A stretch of 64,000 nucleotides of DNA from NCBI GenBank assembly GCA_964035545.1, contig OZ037768.1, positions 4,124,741 to 4,188,740 on the forward strand. The letters run 5' to 3'. Positions 15,026 to 29,871 of the stretch are shown here, piece after piece. The position numbers were made by a program, and so were the translations under genes. Within the stretch, counting starts at the first letter, position 1. The number at the start of each line of letters is the position of its first letter. The notes under the pieces were generated by a model. It did no database searches. It had not been told where the DNA came from and saw nothing but the letters and a program-made list of their open reading frames with translations. Origin of the DNA: Bugula neritina (lineage: Eukaryota > Animalia > Bryozoa).

Positions 15026-18000
15026 TAATTATACCAAATTTATTTTATTGATGCTGGTGTGTATTGTTCTTTATACAGTAATGTTCAAACCAATGTTAGA
15101 CTTAGTGTAGCCAAATATTTTTTGTTTTAAGTTTATTGTGCAATTCTATATTCAAGATTGAAAATTGCTTGGATGTGCCAAAATAAAATGTGTGCTGCAT
15201 TTTAGAGTTTCATTAGTATTATACTATTAAACTAAACAGTTTTACGTTGACCGTCCATTAGTCCCATTCTCATTCTGATTATTATTATTATAGCTATATA
15301 AGAATTGTATCAACTTCGAAAATAATATAGCTGCAAGTGCATTTAATTCTAATGAAGTAATATTAGACTTTTAGAAGCTTATGGTTCTCAACTTCATATT
15401 CAACTCATATTCACACATGATGCTGCAGCTAGATATTACAATTATTAGGTGTGGTACCTATGGCTATATTGCATTTGCACTTTTTTACAAAATTTTTCTA
15501 CGAGGTTTGATTTGCATATACTTTTTCAGTTTTTCCTGTTTCTAAACTCTTAAAATTTGAAAGAGAAGATGCAAGCAAAATGAAAATGAATTGATTGCAA
15601 AACCGTGTATGTGCACTCAGTGTGAATGCCAAAACTTTTCGTCACTAAAAAACTTGAATCAAATTGTTTATCAAAACTCTCACTTGTTTGCCTGTTTGAG
15701 GTTTTGTTATTCAACACATAAATTATAATTCTTACATTTGTACCACACTTCATGCTATTAAACCACGCCTGTTTTTCCTGGTAGTTTACAGAGTAGTCAT
15801 TCATGGTTAGAACTACTATAAGTTTCCACTTACAAATTAGAAATGTCATGCCACTATAATATCGAAATTATTGACCTCCAAGAGTATTTATAACTTTTTA
15901 ATGGACTCCCTTCAATACAAATTGCAAGTCTTGGCAAATACTATTATGTAATGATGAAGCATAGGTCACATTAGATGAGTAGTGAGCATGTGTGGGTATA
16001 TTGTTTGGGCTACAAGTTGGGATATGGTGTTGAGAATGATCTTGTGGCTTGTGCAAACCACAAGATCTTGCTGAGAACACACGGTTAGTCCAGTGTTTTG
16101 AATAGAGATTAACCAGCTATTGGAAATTTTTAGTCTGGTTTTCATTTGGATTTTTGTTTCAAAAGTGATATATAATCATATAAGTGAAACATTTTCATTG
16201 CTATAACTTAGTAAACATTGCAACTTTCTACCCCAGTTTCAAAACAAGGTGTATATTATTATTATAGACCTAAATTGAGCCTTTACTCAGTGTACAAGTT
16301 GCAGTATAAATTAGTATTGATTGATTGATTGATTGGATGTTTCATGTATTTCAATGTTTATCATGTCTACTTTAATTAAATGTCTGAGGTGTTACAAAAA
16401 TGGAGTTTTTTATGTTTTTTAAACACTATGATTAAAATCATGTCTATTTTATTCATGCATTCTTCCAGGATTTGTAGGATATTTAAAAGAAAACATATGT
16501 ATAAAAATATTTTCGTTTATTAAGGTTCTAGAATAGAGGTACTAGTAACAAACATTCCAGTCAACACATGCTTATATAACAGCTTGCATCTGAAAATTTG
16601 AAAAATCTGTTTTATGTCAAAATTTTCATGCCTGGGCATACATTCAGAGCGTAGGCATGTGAAAATTAACACTACCTTTCATCAGCTATAGTCATTTCTT
16701 ACAAATTTAATATGTCTCTTTCATCACATTTTATACTAGCAAACATATTTTTTTAAAGTCGAGGAAATATTGTTACGGATGAGTGCAATAATGGACCTTG
16801 TACGTGCCCTAGTACGCCATGTTTGTCCAGACTAGGTTACAGCTCATATGCATCATACAAGTAATGCATAATTATTGCTTAAACTTCTCAAGAAAAGTTA
16901 TAACTATTTGAAAAAAGACTAATTGTTATAAAGTAATTGAATTGTTTAACTGGGTTAGTAGGTGACAGCTGACAGATGAGGGACCAGCCATTAATCACTT
17001 ATTCATTGGTTTAGGGCTAATGGTGGTGGCTTATACAACTGTGTAGGTTTTCATCTCCATAAAATATTTAAACAATAGCAGGAATGGCCAGTTTACCACA
17101 CTTGTTTTGATTTGCATACGATCACTGACAGGCCGCATGGATAGATCTGCAAATCTTGATTGTGGGAGACAGGAGAGTAGAAACCTAATAAACAACCGGA
17201 AAGGTTTTCCACAATTACTCAGCAAATTCTTGTTTCAAAGTTGCAACAAAATTTAAAAAAGTATTTTTAAGACTAACTTTAATAATAATACAATATTAAA
17301 TCATGTATGCGATGTGCAGTTGATTTGATTTAGCAGTAAGTGTGAATGATTGCTAATATATTAGTGCTGCCACAAGAAACAGCTGCCACAAGAAATTGGG
17401 GCCATTATTTATCCTTTGGCAGCCATTAAGTATGGCAAAACTGGGGCTGTCACTGGTTTTTCAATAGTATACAATTACTTTATGCTAGTCGAGACATTTT
17501 CTGTAAAAAATTTTGGCCTTTGAGAAAAAAATGTCAAATTACAATAAAAATCAACTACATCAATAAAATAATTTATGGTTGAAAATCACTTTTTATTGGG
17601 TGCTAGAAAATTATAATATTTTAATCAGCTAATTAAAAATGTACCTAACAGGCTAGCCAGTAAAATCAACTTGTGGTAAAATAATATGCATATTGACAAC
17701 TAAATCTGGCACATTATTCAAACTTAATTCACACATAGCTGTAAATAAGTGAGAAGAAAGGCTATTTTTTAGTGTAACCCAATGCGCTAACTTGGATTTT
17801 TTTTAAGTTGACCACAGATTTGAAATCTTCTTATATTCCAGTCAATAACACAGCTGGTAATAAATGCTACTAACTATTGTTTTTTCAACACAACTTTTTT
17901 TGTTTTTTAAGAAGCCATATTGTACGCCTTATTTTAAAAATGTAAAAAGTAACTTGGTTTGTTGCCAAAAGAGTTTAAATCTAGTATGAAGTTTTGGTAT

Positions 18001-18689
18001 TAATGTATTCTGCTGCTAATTTTAATGTTTATAAAAGTTGCACCCTAATATTTTTAGGGCAGTTTCGTTAGTTCAAACAATAACTGGGATTTAAACCTAG
18101 TCTCACAGAATGTCGTCTTATTTTTACTGGTGAAACTCCACACCAGGATGCAAGTGTATTTGGCACACTTGTAATAAAACTGGGTGATGACAACACATCC
18201 AGAAATTTCATTTGGCAATTAGGTTCACATGAACTTGCATTCTCTCCATTACTGTACACATGTAAAAACATTCCGCAGGTAAAGTTTTACTAATGGTGTG
18301 CTAAGAAAAGCTGAAGCAATAAGATTTAAGTTGCCTACACTAAACCAGCTAATTGCTTCTTTGTCTGTATTCTTATTATAATTTCTTATTTTTTGCATGA
18401 ACAATTCTTTTTTTAAATTTTACAATATCTGTTTGAATTTGGCATCTCAATAGTTAAGTAATACAACTTGATGAATACTCTTAGACCAATATACTTGCAA
18501 TTCATTAGAGAATTGTACATCTTTCCTGTTGAAGTATAACCAATTTTCTGTACTATTTCTCTGTAAAGCCACACAATGATCATTAGTTGTTAAGTAATCT
18601 CTCTGACCAACAAGAGTACACGTGTGTCTCTGATGTCAGCACTAAATCTAAAACAACCTGTCTGATCTCTTTTAGAGCCAATATTCAAA

Positions 18690-21600
18690 ATGGAAATAAT
18701 ATTGGAGGCATTAGGAGACCCGGGAAGGTACCATGTGGTGATAACCTGCATGTTTGCTGTAACATGGTGGTCCATGACTTTCGGTGCTATTTCCATGGCT
18801 TTCTACGGAGAACCTCTTAAGATCAAGTGCAATGTTCCCAGTCGTCACCTCAGTTACTCACCAAATGAGCTTTCGTATTTGGAGAACAGCTCAGTTCCTT
18901 TCACCAACATCTCGATGGCCAAGGACGAGTGTTCCTACAACATCACCAGTGTCACCAATGGCACAGTCACTCACTCGAGTCATCAATGCGACAGCTGGAC
19001 ATACTTGGATGGAGGCAGAGAAATCTCTAACATAGTTACTGAGGTTAGTTTACATACTGTTTCAATATCCTAGTACCGAATGACCTGTTTATTCAGTACA
19101 ACACCAATTATTGTACAAGCTAATAAATGAGCTATTATAAATAGCATCTGGGAATCTTGGTTTTTTATAAAATTTTCATAACTGAAGCAAAAAATAGTTT
19201 GTTGCTCAGCATATATATTACAGTAGGATAATGTTTATTTATTAAGTTGTTGTTAAATACAAATATTGCTGAAAATTTAACAAATCACATTACCGTAACA
19301 TATCTAAAAATTATGTTTTTTTATAATGTACATTTTAAGGAAAATTACTTTTTATCCCAATGCTTACCATTTGCTGAACTGTTTAAATATTTGTGAACAA
19401 GCTGCATCTTGATAGCTCTGGTGAAATGTTGCTGACGTCCAAGTTGCTTATAATAGTTTACCTGTTGGAGGTCATAGTCTCAGGTAGCTGCGTCATACTT
19501 AGCAATTCAATACCAACTTTGTATTATGCTGCTCATACTTTTCGCAGAACCTGTCCAGGCTAAAGTACCATCTGCTCCGGTAATAAATTCATAATTTAAC
19601 CAGTACTCTCGCCCACTCTGGTATTTAGGTCATTGACTTACTGTGGCATTCCATGGCTTAACTTTTCTGTGTCTGCCCCTTTTTCTCAGCAGTTTTCTCA
19701 GTACATAAAATACTTCTTTATATCTTGTAATAAAATACAGATGTATTCATCCAGAATATAACAGCTACTTTATTTGTGATATTCTTGTTCATTTATTTTC
19801 TTTTGCTGCCAAGTATGTGATAATAAAGACGTATCTGGCAATGTTACGCAATTTTTTGCTGCTACAATGACTTATTTTCTCAGCTTGGAATGAGGTTAGT
19901 ATGGTCACCTGAATAAACACAAATATTTACTGGGGGTTGATTACCTCATTATCAATACCTGAGGTAGATACTAACAGTACAACCTTGGTTCTGTAACAAA
20001 TAATTGTGGTATCTCTCCTAAATAGAAAACAAGTTTAGTTTTAAAAACATATTGAAGAATTATGCTAAACAAAATGGGTAGATTTGCATTGTAGTGTTGA
20101 AAATAAGAACTTGGTTCTTCCTGCAAAAAGTGATACCAACATTTAGCTGTTGCAGTAGAGAAGTTTCAGCAAACAAAGTTCATTAATTATCCTTACTTTT
20201 TGGTTTGGCTTATATGTTCAGAACATAGCTTTCTGTGAGACTTTTACCTCGTACACCCACTATTGTCTACATGACTTAGCATTGTCCCTATCTTCTGCCA
20301 CATGGTAGTTTAGCTCTTGATCGATTCTCTGTTTGTCAGTTGGAGACCATATTGTTTGCTCATAAAACTAACAGAGAGAGCTAGTTTGGAAGCCATATAT
20401 GGGGTAATAAACAATAATGGGAAACAATTCTACTATCTACTTCAAATGCAAAACAATTGTAACCAAATCTGTTCAACTAACAATCAACCCTATAAGTTTC
20501 TGAGTCGCTAACTATACAAATACTCTTAGCTCTATCAGAGCTCCCCTACCATTCTAGGTAATTATAGGATATTTGCACTATACAGACTTTTATAAAGTTC
20601 TGTATTGATTTCTGAAACTGTGTATTAAACCCAAAGGTGTGATTTATGCCATAGTACTCTTTTATATGGCTTTATTTTAGTGGAATCTGGTTTGCTCTAA
20701 CCACTACAAAGTTTCTTTAACCACTACAATGTTCTTTGTTGGCGTATTCATCGGAGCTCTCATCTTTGGATTTATATCGGACCAATTTGGACGGAAAAAG
20801 ACCCTTGCCATTTGCCTATATTCCCATATTCCTATAGCATTGGCGATATCTTTCATGCCAGAATACATTTCCTTTACCGTCTTTAGATTACTCCTAGGAG
20901 TGTGGTTGCAGGTAATTGAGATTTTTTATATGTTCTGCACACAAGACCAAATCCTAACCTCAGCCTCAAGTAAAATCACAATCTTTAGGCTAAATAATAA
21001 CAGTCTAGTCCTGCAAACTCTTTGGCTACACCACATCGAGAGGATATTTTTCTAGAATGTTCTTTGGACTACGTCTCAAATTATCACCCAATGTTTATTG
21101 TAATCGCCCCAGCAAAGCTTTCTAAATATGTCGGCCACCATAGCTATGGTCGTTCAGACCTGTCTATCTAAATATATACATTCAAAGTAGCTGAAATACG
21201 TCATGGATCCTGAGTTTCGACCTTATTTTTGTCTTGGGTAAAGTTATTGTTAGTGCATTTGTATATTTGACAAAGCAAACGTGGCCACAAATTTGAGAAT
21301 AATTATGAATCGATCACGTACATGCATCTTATTTTTAGCTCTTGATATTGTTGTGTGAAATGTTCTGTTTGTTTTATATCGAATAGGGCATATCAACAGT
21401 AGCGTTTGTACACTGCATAGAGTTCTTCCGACAGAAGTACAGAGGCGTTGTGATGGTAGGCTTTGGGATGTCGTGGGCAGTCGGGCAGCTACTGACTACC
21501 CTCATTGCCTACTTACTACCCAACTGGAGACACATGCAAAGAGTCTCTGTAGCGTTACCTCTCATCACTCTGCCCTATTACTGGTTGGTGTGGTCTCAAA

Positions 21601-24600
21601 AACCATTTATTTGGTTTTATAATTGCCCTAGTTTCATTTACATCAGCCATTCTACTGTTTTGCTAGCTTGTAAGTGATTACTAAGCAGTCATTTTTTTCT
21701 ACTTAGTGATGCTAGGAGACAAATAAAATATTGTTTTGTGCAGACTACCGCAACTTTCATTTTATTTTGGAACTTCTACAAACTATTGCTTAGCATGATG
21801 CACTAGTTTGGCAGATGATTTTGCCGGTAAAATAGACTGTAAATTATCAGTTATTTAAAGCACATTTTGAAACTGTTACAATAACTTTGAAACTTCAGCT
21901 AATTTGCATGACTTAAAATTTGCTTGGACTGTCTTTTCTACGGAGCAAGTTCAACAGTTGGTATACTAATATGCAATTGACTACAGCTACTAGTAAAAAC
22001 TTCAAAGCATTTTTGGGATTTGAGATGCATCAAAATAACCAAAATGTGTATATAAAGCTTATGTGAAAGCGTATCAAAGCACTGTAGTCAGCAAGAGTTA
22101 TTCTAATTTAGAAGCAATTTCAACCAGACTGCAATGTTTTTAATCAAAGAATCCAAATATAAAACACGAGGGAAGAACTTCTTGAATGTTTTCAATTAAC
22201 ATAGTGCAGGCACTGATGTCATATTCTGATTAAAAGTTAATCATTTCCTGCTCAGAAATTCTGTTGATGACGTTGTGATATATTACTAAAGACTGGAACT
22301 TGGCTCTTGTAACTTAGAACTTGAGTTATGTAACTCCAACATGTTTTTCAGATTAACATCCAAATCAAAACTTGTAGTTTCTCCACCAGAATGTTTGCTA
22401 AAGCCATTTGCACCTGTAGGTGGCTTCCTGAATCTCCAAGATGGCTGCTGGTAAAAGGGAGGTTCGATGAAATCTTGAAAGTATTTATTCAAAGAGCTGC
22501 CAAGATGAATCACGTGAGTGGAAAGTTGAAATGGTTCAAGCAGCAACTGGAAGAGCTGAAGCAAACTAACGTTCTGGCTGCATCAGATGCTCAGCCCCAA
22601 TCTTTTGTGAATATCCTGAAGACTGGAGTCTTGTTGAAGCGCCTTCTAGCCATGTTTTATTCTTGGTATGGATCTGCTTTATTTATTATGTTAAATGTTT
22701 AAAAAATATCCCAAAAAGTTAATTTTTATTGAAATATAAATTTTTGAAATCTTCCTAAAACTGCAAATCTCGACAAATGTCTGTTCCCAAAGCTGCCAAA
22801 TTTATCACTTTAACCAAATGTAAAACTACGACTTTTTTTTTATTCAAATTGTTTTAATATGTGGCAAGAATGGAGTGCCTAAAGCAGCTGCACTAGTAAA
22901 GGGTTGTGTGTGTGTCTGGCAGTAAAAGTCAACCACTAATTGATATAATGCTTAAATAAGTACTAAATATTATTTGAAGAAATGTATTTCCAAGAAAAAG
23001 TATGAAAAGAACTTCCTATGGTTGAAATTACACTTACACAAGTAGATGCCAGATGTATAATTGTGTACTTTTCTTTCTGTACTTTAATAGTAATCATAAA
23101 AATAACAATAGACAATATCACATAAAAACTTAGGCCAAAGACATTATAATAACTTGTGGGGGTCAACTAGCATTTAAATGGCCAAAATGTCTTTTTTTAC
23201 TAAAAAAATAATTGCTTTTCTTGTAATAAAAAGAAATGTCATTTTAACGGCAGAAAATTTAAGAATTACTTTACTTAAAATTTCAGTAGGTTGAAAGTTT
23301 CTGTCATGGCTAGGCAACTGTTAATTTAATTCCCAAATTAAAGGTACACCCAGATTTCAGTCATTGCGTTTGCTTCATTCCTTGATATAGGCTACTACTG
23401 GCTGTTCCAAATTGAAGTTTGGCGGAGAAAGTGCTTGTTGAGTGCTTTTCAGGAGCATTACTTACCAAGCAGAAAAATCTTGTAGGTTAAATTTCAAACT
23501 GAATGGTACTTTTAGTTGAGCTTCCTTCATATTTGCACATTTAAAGAAAATATGCTGATAAAGAGCTCAGTTTATGCCATTTTGAAGCAAAGATTTTTCT
23601 CTTAGTAATTAAGATATAATGAAAACTAATACATGTTGAAACATTATGTAGTATTTTATTATGGCACTGCTAAAAACCATTAGCCAATATTCCAAGTGTA
23701 AACAGTTAGCAGGTTTCTTATTGTAGTTATTATTTAACATAAAAAATAAAAAACATTTATTGCAATAAGATAGGTTTCAGCACCATTTCTTTTAGTTAGA
23801 AAAACAAAATTATGTCAGAATAAAAAAATGCAGGTTTTCAACAGCTAACAGAGAGCACCTGTTACAAGTGAAATACTTTCACACCTCTGATGACAGCTAT
23901 GATCAACTGGTACTAAATGTGTCCATATAATTGACATGAGATAGCTGGTTATGACAAATATCCTTGGTGTGCTGTAGCCTGTATGCTAATTGCACCTATG
24001 AGAACTTTTTGTGTCTGAAAGTTTTAGCTGAAAATCTTTGTTTATAGGACAAATTCCATTCGATAGCCATTGCTCGTACTATAAATTATTGCAGAGAGTT
24101 TTTGCTTAAAGATAAAAAGCTCATGCAAGTTTATAGTCACTATCCCATGGAAAGGGTTTTTAAAGTGGGCTACAAGCTCATTTATATACATGGCACAGGA
24201 GCAATTATGACTGAATGCTCTTCCTAACATTCGATGTGTTTGGTGTAAAACTAATTTGTATAAACTTGATGTTTTTTTTAATTCTAATTTGATCCAGTTG
24301 TTTTGCATTCATGGATGTAGCTCAGTAGGACTTGTTTCCAAGTTTATGTGAATGAGTTTTTCATTCCATGTTTGAAAACAGTTGCATGGAATGAAACCAT
24401 AACTATAAGTCATGCAACCCCACAACCACAAATTCCTCAGCAAAATGCCATAATGGCAAAGCAATGGAAAGGAAATGCAGCCAGTAGGAGCTCATGGCAT
24501 GGGTATAACACTTCCTGTTGGCTGATGGTTATTGTGACAAGTGGTCAGCAATGCAGACTGGAGGGGGAAGCATTAAAGTCAGACAAATTCTTTATCTGCC

Positions 24601-27600
24601 GAGGAATTTGTACTGAAAACAGATTATCTATAATATATACTATACTAGGTTTCCTTGCTAAAAAGCCGAAATTACTTTCCTGTCATAAACATTGGCTATA
24701 GCTACCCTGAAAAACCCATTCACTAAATGCAAAATTATGGGCACATCATCCATAGCTTGGACAGTTAGCACAGAATTAGGGTAGAGAGGTGGGAGGAAGG
24801 GAGGGGGCTGAGTGAAAAGTAGGAAGTAGTCGCTGAATTTAGAGTGAGTTACTAAAAGTTGTGCAATCCTATACTTCATCAAAACGTAGCCCCTTTGATT
24901 GAAATTGAGATGAATTTTGACAAATTATATGCATATTGCTTATTCAAGTAGAAATGTTGGCAACGTTTGCCATATTAGTTGCTCAATTTCCAAAAAGCTC
25001 ACTAGCAGGTCTATAGAGTAGACGTCTAACAAAATAGTTTCCAGTATATTTATAAATATATGTAGGCTTGGTCTACTAGCAAAATTTTCCATCAGTCACT
25101 TAGGCCAATTGTTGCACATTTTACATAAAAATGAAAAGCTTAAACACTGCCTTGGCTGGTTTCTCTATCACTAATGTACTCCGGCATTATTATAAAAATA
25201 TTTAACCAGCAGCCAAACCGATAATAATTACATTTTCATTGGTTTCCTAAGAAGAGGTATCATTGAATATTACCATGAAATAGACAATATATAATGCTTG
25301 CAGAGATAGGTTGTACTACAACTCTATGTTGCAGCCTTGTCCACAATGGCAAGTGAAATGTGAACGAACTGACAGCTAGTGCACATGCATTGCAGCCATG
25401 CCTCTTGCCACAAAACCCCTTTACTAACCTAGATTAAATGTATCGCAATGTCTTAGACACCTGAAGGAAATTCATTGTTGCTACTCAAATATAACTATTT
25501 CCAAGAATTTTCAATCAAAAATTTCCAAGTGCAAACCTTTTCGTCTATGCTCAGTAACCTAAAATCAGGAGCCTTTGGTTTACACATTTAGAAAATAATT
25601 GCACCATCATGTCATAATCACACACTTGGTGAATATTATCTTTTTCTAAGACTAATTATCTTACTAATTACTAGATATCAAATTGTGTCCTGTTGGAGAT
25701 TTCAATATCCTAGGTGAGTTTTATATGCGTGGGCCACCTTGCAATATAAATTAATCCATGTGAATAATCCAGGGGTGGGTGTCCAACCTTTGAGAAACCT
25801 ACAAATATTACACAATTTTGTTGACCCACATTTTGAGCTTTAAAATAAAGAGTACTTCAGAATAATAAAATTGTTTTGAACTCAACTCAGTTTTATACAA
25901 TGGCGTAGTCCCCACATCATCTCAGACCTACTTTAACATTTTACACAAGTTTTAATTGTAAAGAGTTGTTGCAGTTAGTAATAGTTCAAAAACAGATGTT
26001 CCAAGTATTCTGTTTATTAGAGACATCTTTTATCTTTATGACTTGCTTCAGTGCAGCTATAATTGAAACAATCCATTTTATGAGTTTTTATGCTGTATGA
26101 CCAACCCAGCTATAAGTACACAGCTTTATTCACTCGGCTCTTAGAGGACCTAACTGTATCTTCAAACTAGTAATATTTTTGATGCACAAAATATCTGACA
26201 CAGTTATAAACTCTTACTATCTTTAGAAACTGGCTGTCGTACAGGATGCTGCTTTCCTGTGCAAAACCAGGTCAGGGAACGATAATTGACATGACTAAAA
26301 TTAAAATCAATAATTATAAAAAACTTAAGCAGGTTCGAGATCCTTAAGGGGAGCCACTAATTTTCTCCAGCAACATCTTTAACTTGATTATATTAAAATA
26401 TTTCATCATTTTGAAAAATTTTGATTTTCAATAACAGAGAATAAAAAAATAAATAAAAACATAATCATTTGTTGAGACTGTCTTAACTCTTGAGTGTTAA
26501 GAATGCATAACAGCACATTTCAGATGCTTTAGTTCCATTGTAAACATATGTTTACCTGTTTATTTCAGGTGCATGGCCTCCATGACATACTATATGTTTA
26601 TCTTCAACACAACTGAACTAGGTGGTGATATCTACAAGTATTATTCTATTGGAGCCGGATTAGAAATCATTGTGAACTTCTTCACTATCTTCTTAATGAC
26701 TAGGTGAGTGGTTATGATTCTATCTTTATAGGTTACTCTCAGTTATTACCCAGTAGTTGTTATGTAATTGATCTTCTTAATGAGTAGGTGAGGGGTTATG
26801 ATTCTATCTGCAGAAGTTGGGGGGGAGCAGTTATTACCCAGTAATCATGTAATTGATCAGTAGAAGAAATACTGCAACATAATTTGCGTCTTCATGCATC
26901 TAACTTACTCCAGAAGTCATGGCTGCTAGTTTTTGAGAATCAAGACCCAGTGTATAAATGACCCGCAGCTGTGCGTTCAAAGTGGCTTCAATGCAAAAAA
27001 AGATAGTGGTTTTTGCAGAATTGTCAAAATTTGTAAACAAAATTCTGGAATCGGATATCATACAATAATAGATTAATGTCAAGTTTTGGGTGGACTTTTA
27101 GTAAAAATTAATTTGCAAAACAAAACTTTCTTTGTAGTTAGTCTGGTTTTGGAGAGCCATGTGGCTTTTACTGTCGCTGCTTTATAAAAACATCAACATC
27201 TTTAGAAAGTAAACAGTTGCCAAATTGCATTCAATTCAGTTTAAAGTTGATCAAAGAAGAAAGCAGTATGCATACAATATATACATAATAATGAACACTT
27301 CATAATCTGCCATACTATATCTGCAATTGCATTTATTGAAAGAAAAATAATAATATATTTTAGCCACAACATTATTTTCATTCATATTTATAAAACGGCA
27401 ATGTTTATAGGGTATATAATAATTACATACAACATTTATGCAGTAGTGCAACGTTAATCATTGCTAATTTATCACTTAAATATTTGAGATTTTTATTTCG
27501 GTCAACACAATCAACACTCAGCTTCCATGTTTACCTGCGTCACGAAACACCTGTCCATTTTTCGATTTATTTATACTAGTATTATATATTAAAAGTTGTT

Positions 27601-29871
27601 GCAGCTGTTTTCCTATTGAAATATTGTCTGCTGCGTTTAACATTTCGGATTTTATTTGATTTAAGCCTAATGTTATAACTTGGGCATGAAAGGAATGTGG
27701 CAAAAGCTAGTTAAATAAATCATTGAATATATATTACTTTCAGTATTTTGTCTATTTCTCGAGTAATCGACTTGCTTACACTTTTCTGAAAGGCATTTAA
27801 ATATTGAAAACCAACCCCAGTTTTATAGTTCATTGTGTACACTAGATATTATTTAATTTCAGTTGTCTTCTATTGATCATGTATTATTGTCATGAACCTT
27901 GTAACATTTTATCATAGTGTTGATGTCCAACTGTTTTTTCATGATGATGCCATAGTGTGTAAATTCAAAAATTTTTAAGTTATGCGATTTGCATAACACG
28001 ATGATAATAAATTCATTTTGAATTTATTTGATAGTTTCAATTTTGGCACTGGAATCGATTGCAAAAAGGACAGTTTGCCGTTGAATATTTTCTATTGACA
28101 AATAACATTATTAAAAAGTCATTCAACACTTGCATTGAAATTTCTTTTTAATGAAAGTTCATTTATTACCAAAATTACATAAATTTAGCCTTGCGGGGTA
28201 ATGAGTATGGTGTATCTAATTCATTAATCATGCAAACAGCTTTAGAAGACCAATTTTTTAAATGTTATGATTACCTTTTGGCAACATCAATTCTACCATA
28301 TACAGTTCACTATAAAGCTAGTTTATGCTAGTCATATGTGCCCTTATGTATGATTGTTTTTATAAATTATAAAGAAGGAGATATAAATAACGACACCAAA
28401 ATATACTGAAGGATCCATAGTTTTGCATGAATGCATCATAAATAGTTTTAGGGCAGTAGCAAGTTTGGTTCCAAAATGTAGGCAATTTATTGAATTTATT
28501 TGCATTATTTTTATGAAGTAAAAGCGGAATCGAATGTGTAGGCTAACTTGGCAAGCGACGAGCAAGTTGCAGGTCTGCAGCTGTGATGGCATTGACATCT
28601 TGTTTATTAATCGTTTTCGTCATTGAATGTTGACAGGTTTGGCCGAAGGCGCCCTCTATTCGTATTCAGTTTCCTGCTTGGCGTTGTGTGTATTGTGTGT
28701 GGAACCCTACCAAGGACATGTACGTTACCATCTCTTACTAGCCTATTGCTTTGAATGTACAAAAATAAGCTTAACATTTATAAACATTCATAGTACCAAA
28801 TTAGCTTATTATTATATTATAAAATATTCGGATCCACTGTTACCTGTATACATATACATAACTTGTTTTTTAGTAAACCTTGGAACAGCTATTCTGTGCT
28901 TCGCTCTGCTTGGAAGAATGGCCATTGCTGCCGTGATGTGTTTGATATTTGTCTATGCTGCTGAGCTTTTTCCCACCTTTGCCAGGTAATGATAATGTGG
29001 TGTTGATATAAGTTTGGCGTGTCAATTTGGTTAACAAGCATATAATGCTGGCAGATCATTTACATACTTGCTGATAGATTGACTTTAAATGTTGGAAGCA
29101 AATTGCCTTGATTTTTGTTACAATCCATCAACAGAATTATCGCCACGTCATAAGGCTAACAAAGCAATGGAAAATTAAACCAGTTCTTAGATATATTATT
29201 TGATAGTAAAATATTAAAAAAGAATTTAAGTGCAGCATACACTGAATGAAAAAAAAAGAAATTAGAAATGATAGTTTCACCCTTTTACTGTGATTGTGGT
29301 CTTTGAAAACACTTACTGGAATATCGAGTACACTTTGGCTGAAGAGTGGTTTTTCTTCTTGAAATTTTTTATAGATCACTATTGAAATATCAACAGTTCA
29401 TATAGCTGTTACATAATTGTAATTTATGAGGTTTTTTTTTTTTAGGGGAACCTGTATAGCGCTATGTGGTTGCTCACTCAGGATTGGTGGCATGCTAGCT
29501 CCTCAAGTTATTTACTTGGTAAGCCATTAAATGTTTTGGTCTTTCTGGAATTACTTGACTTATTTACATTTCTCACAAAAATATAGCAAACATTTCATTA
29601 ATTGTTGTTATGATTGAAGGGTGGTTTGGTGTCGCCAGAGTTTCCTTATATAATAGTAGCAGTGATGATGATTCTTATCGGAGTTATCGCAATTTTCCTG
29701 CCAGAAACTTTTGGTAGAAATCTTCCGAACACCATAGAAGAAGCGGTTGATATTCAAAATCAAATAGAAGGCTCGGAGCCAAAGATGGATGAAAGTGAAA
29801 CTATCAGCAATATCACTGAGCAACAGGAAAAATTAGTTGTTACTACTAGTAACTGTGATACAGAGTGTTAG
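18690..29871 (+). CDS. SLC22-family (organic cation/anion transporter-like) MFS transporter, 9 coding exons, about 560 aa
   Basis: Exons 18690-19043, 20681-20911, 21387-21583, 22420-22665, 26569-26703, 28637-28719, 28874-28985, 29446-29518, 29620-29871 sum to 1683 nt in frame. SLC22 motifs: GDPGRY, large Cys/N-glycosylated loop ending IVTEWNLVC, SDQFGRK, LPESPRWL, RFGRR, YAAELFPT, LPETFG. Confidence 0.93.
26688..26858 (+). repeat. About 83-bp imperfect tandem duplication spanning the SLC22 exon 5 donor
   Basis: ATCTTCTTAATGACTAGGTGAGTGGTTATGATTCTATCT...CAGTTATTACCCAGTA...ATGTAATTG is repeated as ATCTTCTTAATGAGTAGGTGAGGGGTTATGATTCTATCT...CAGTTATTACCCAGTA..ATGTAATTG. Confidence 0.85.
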
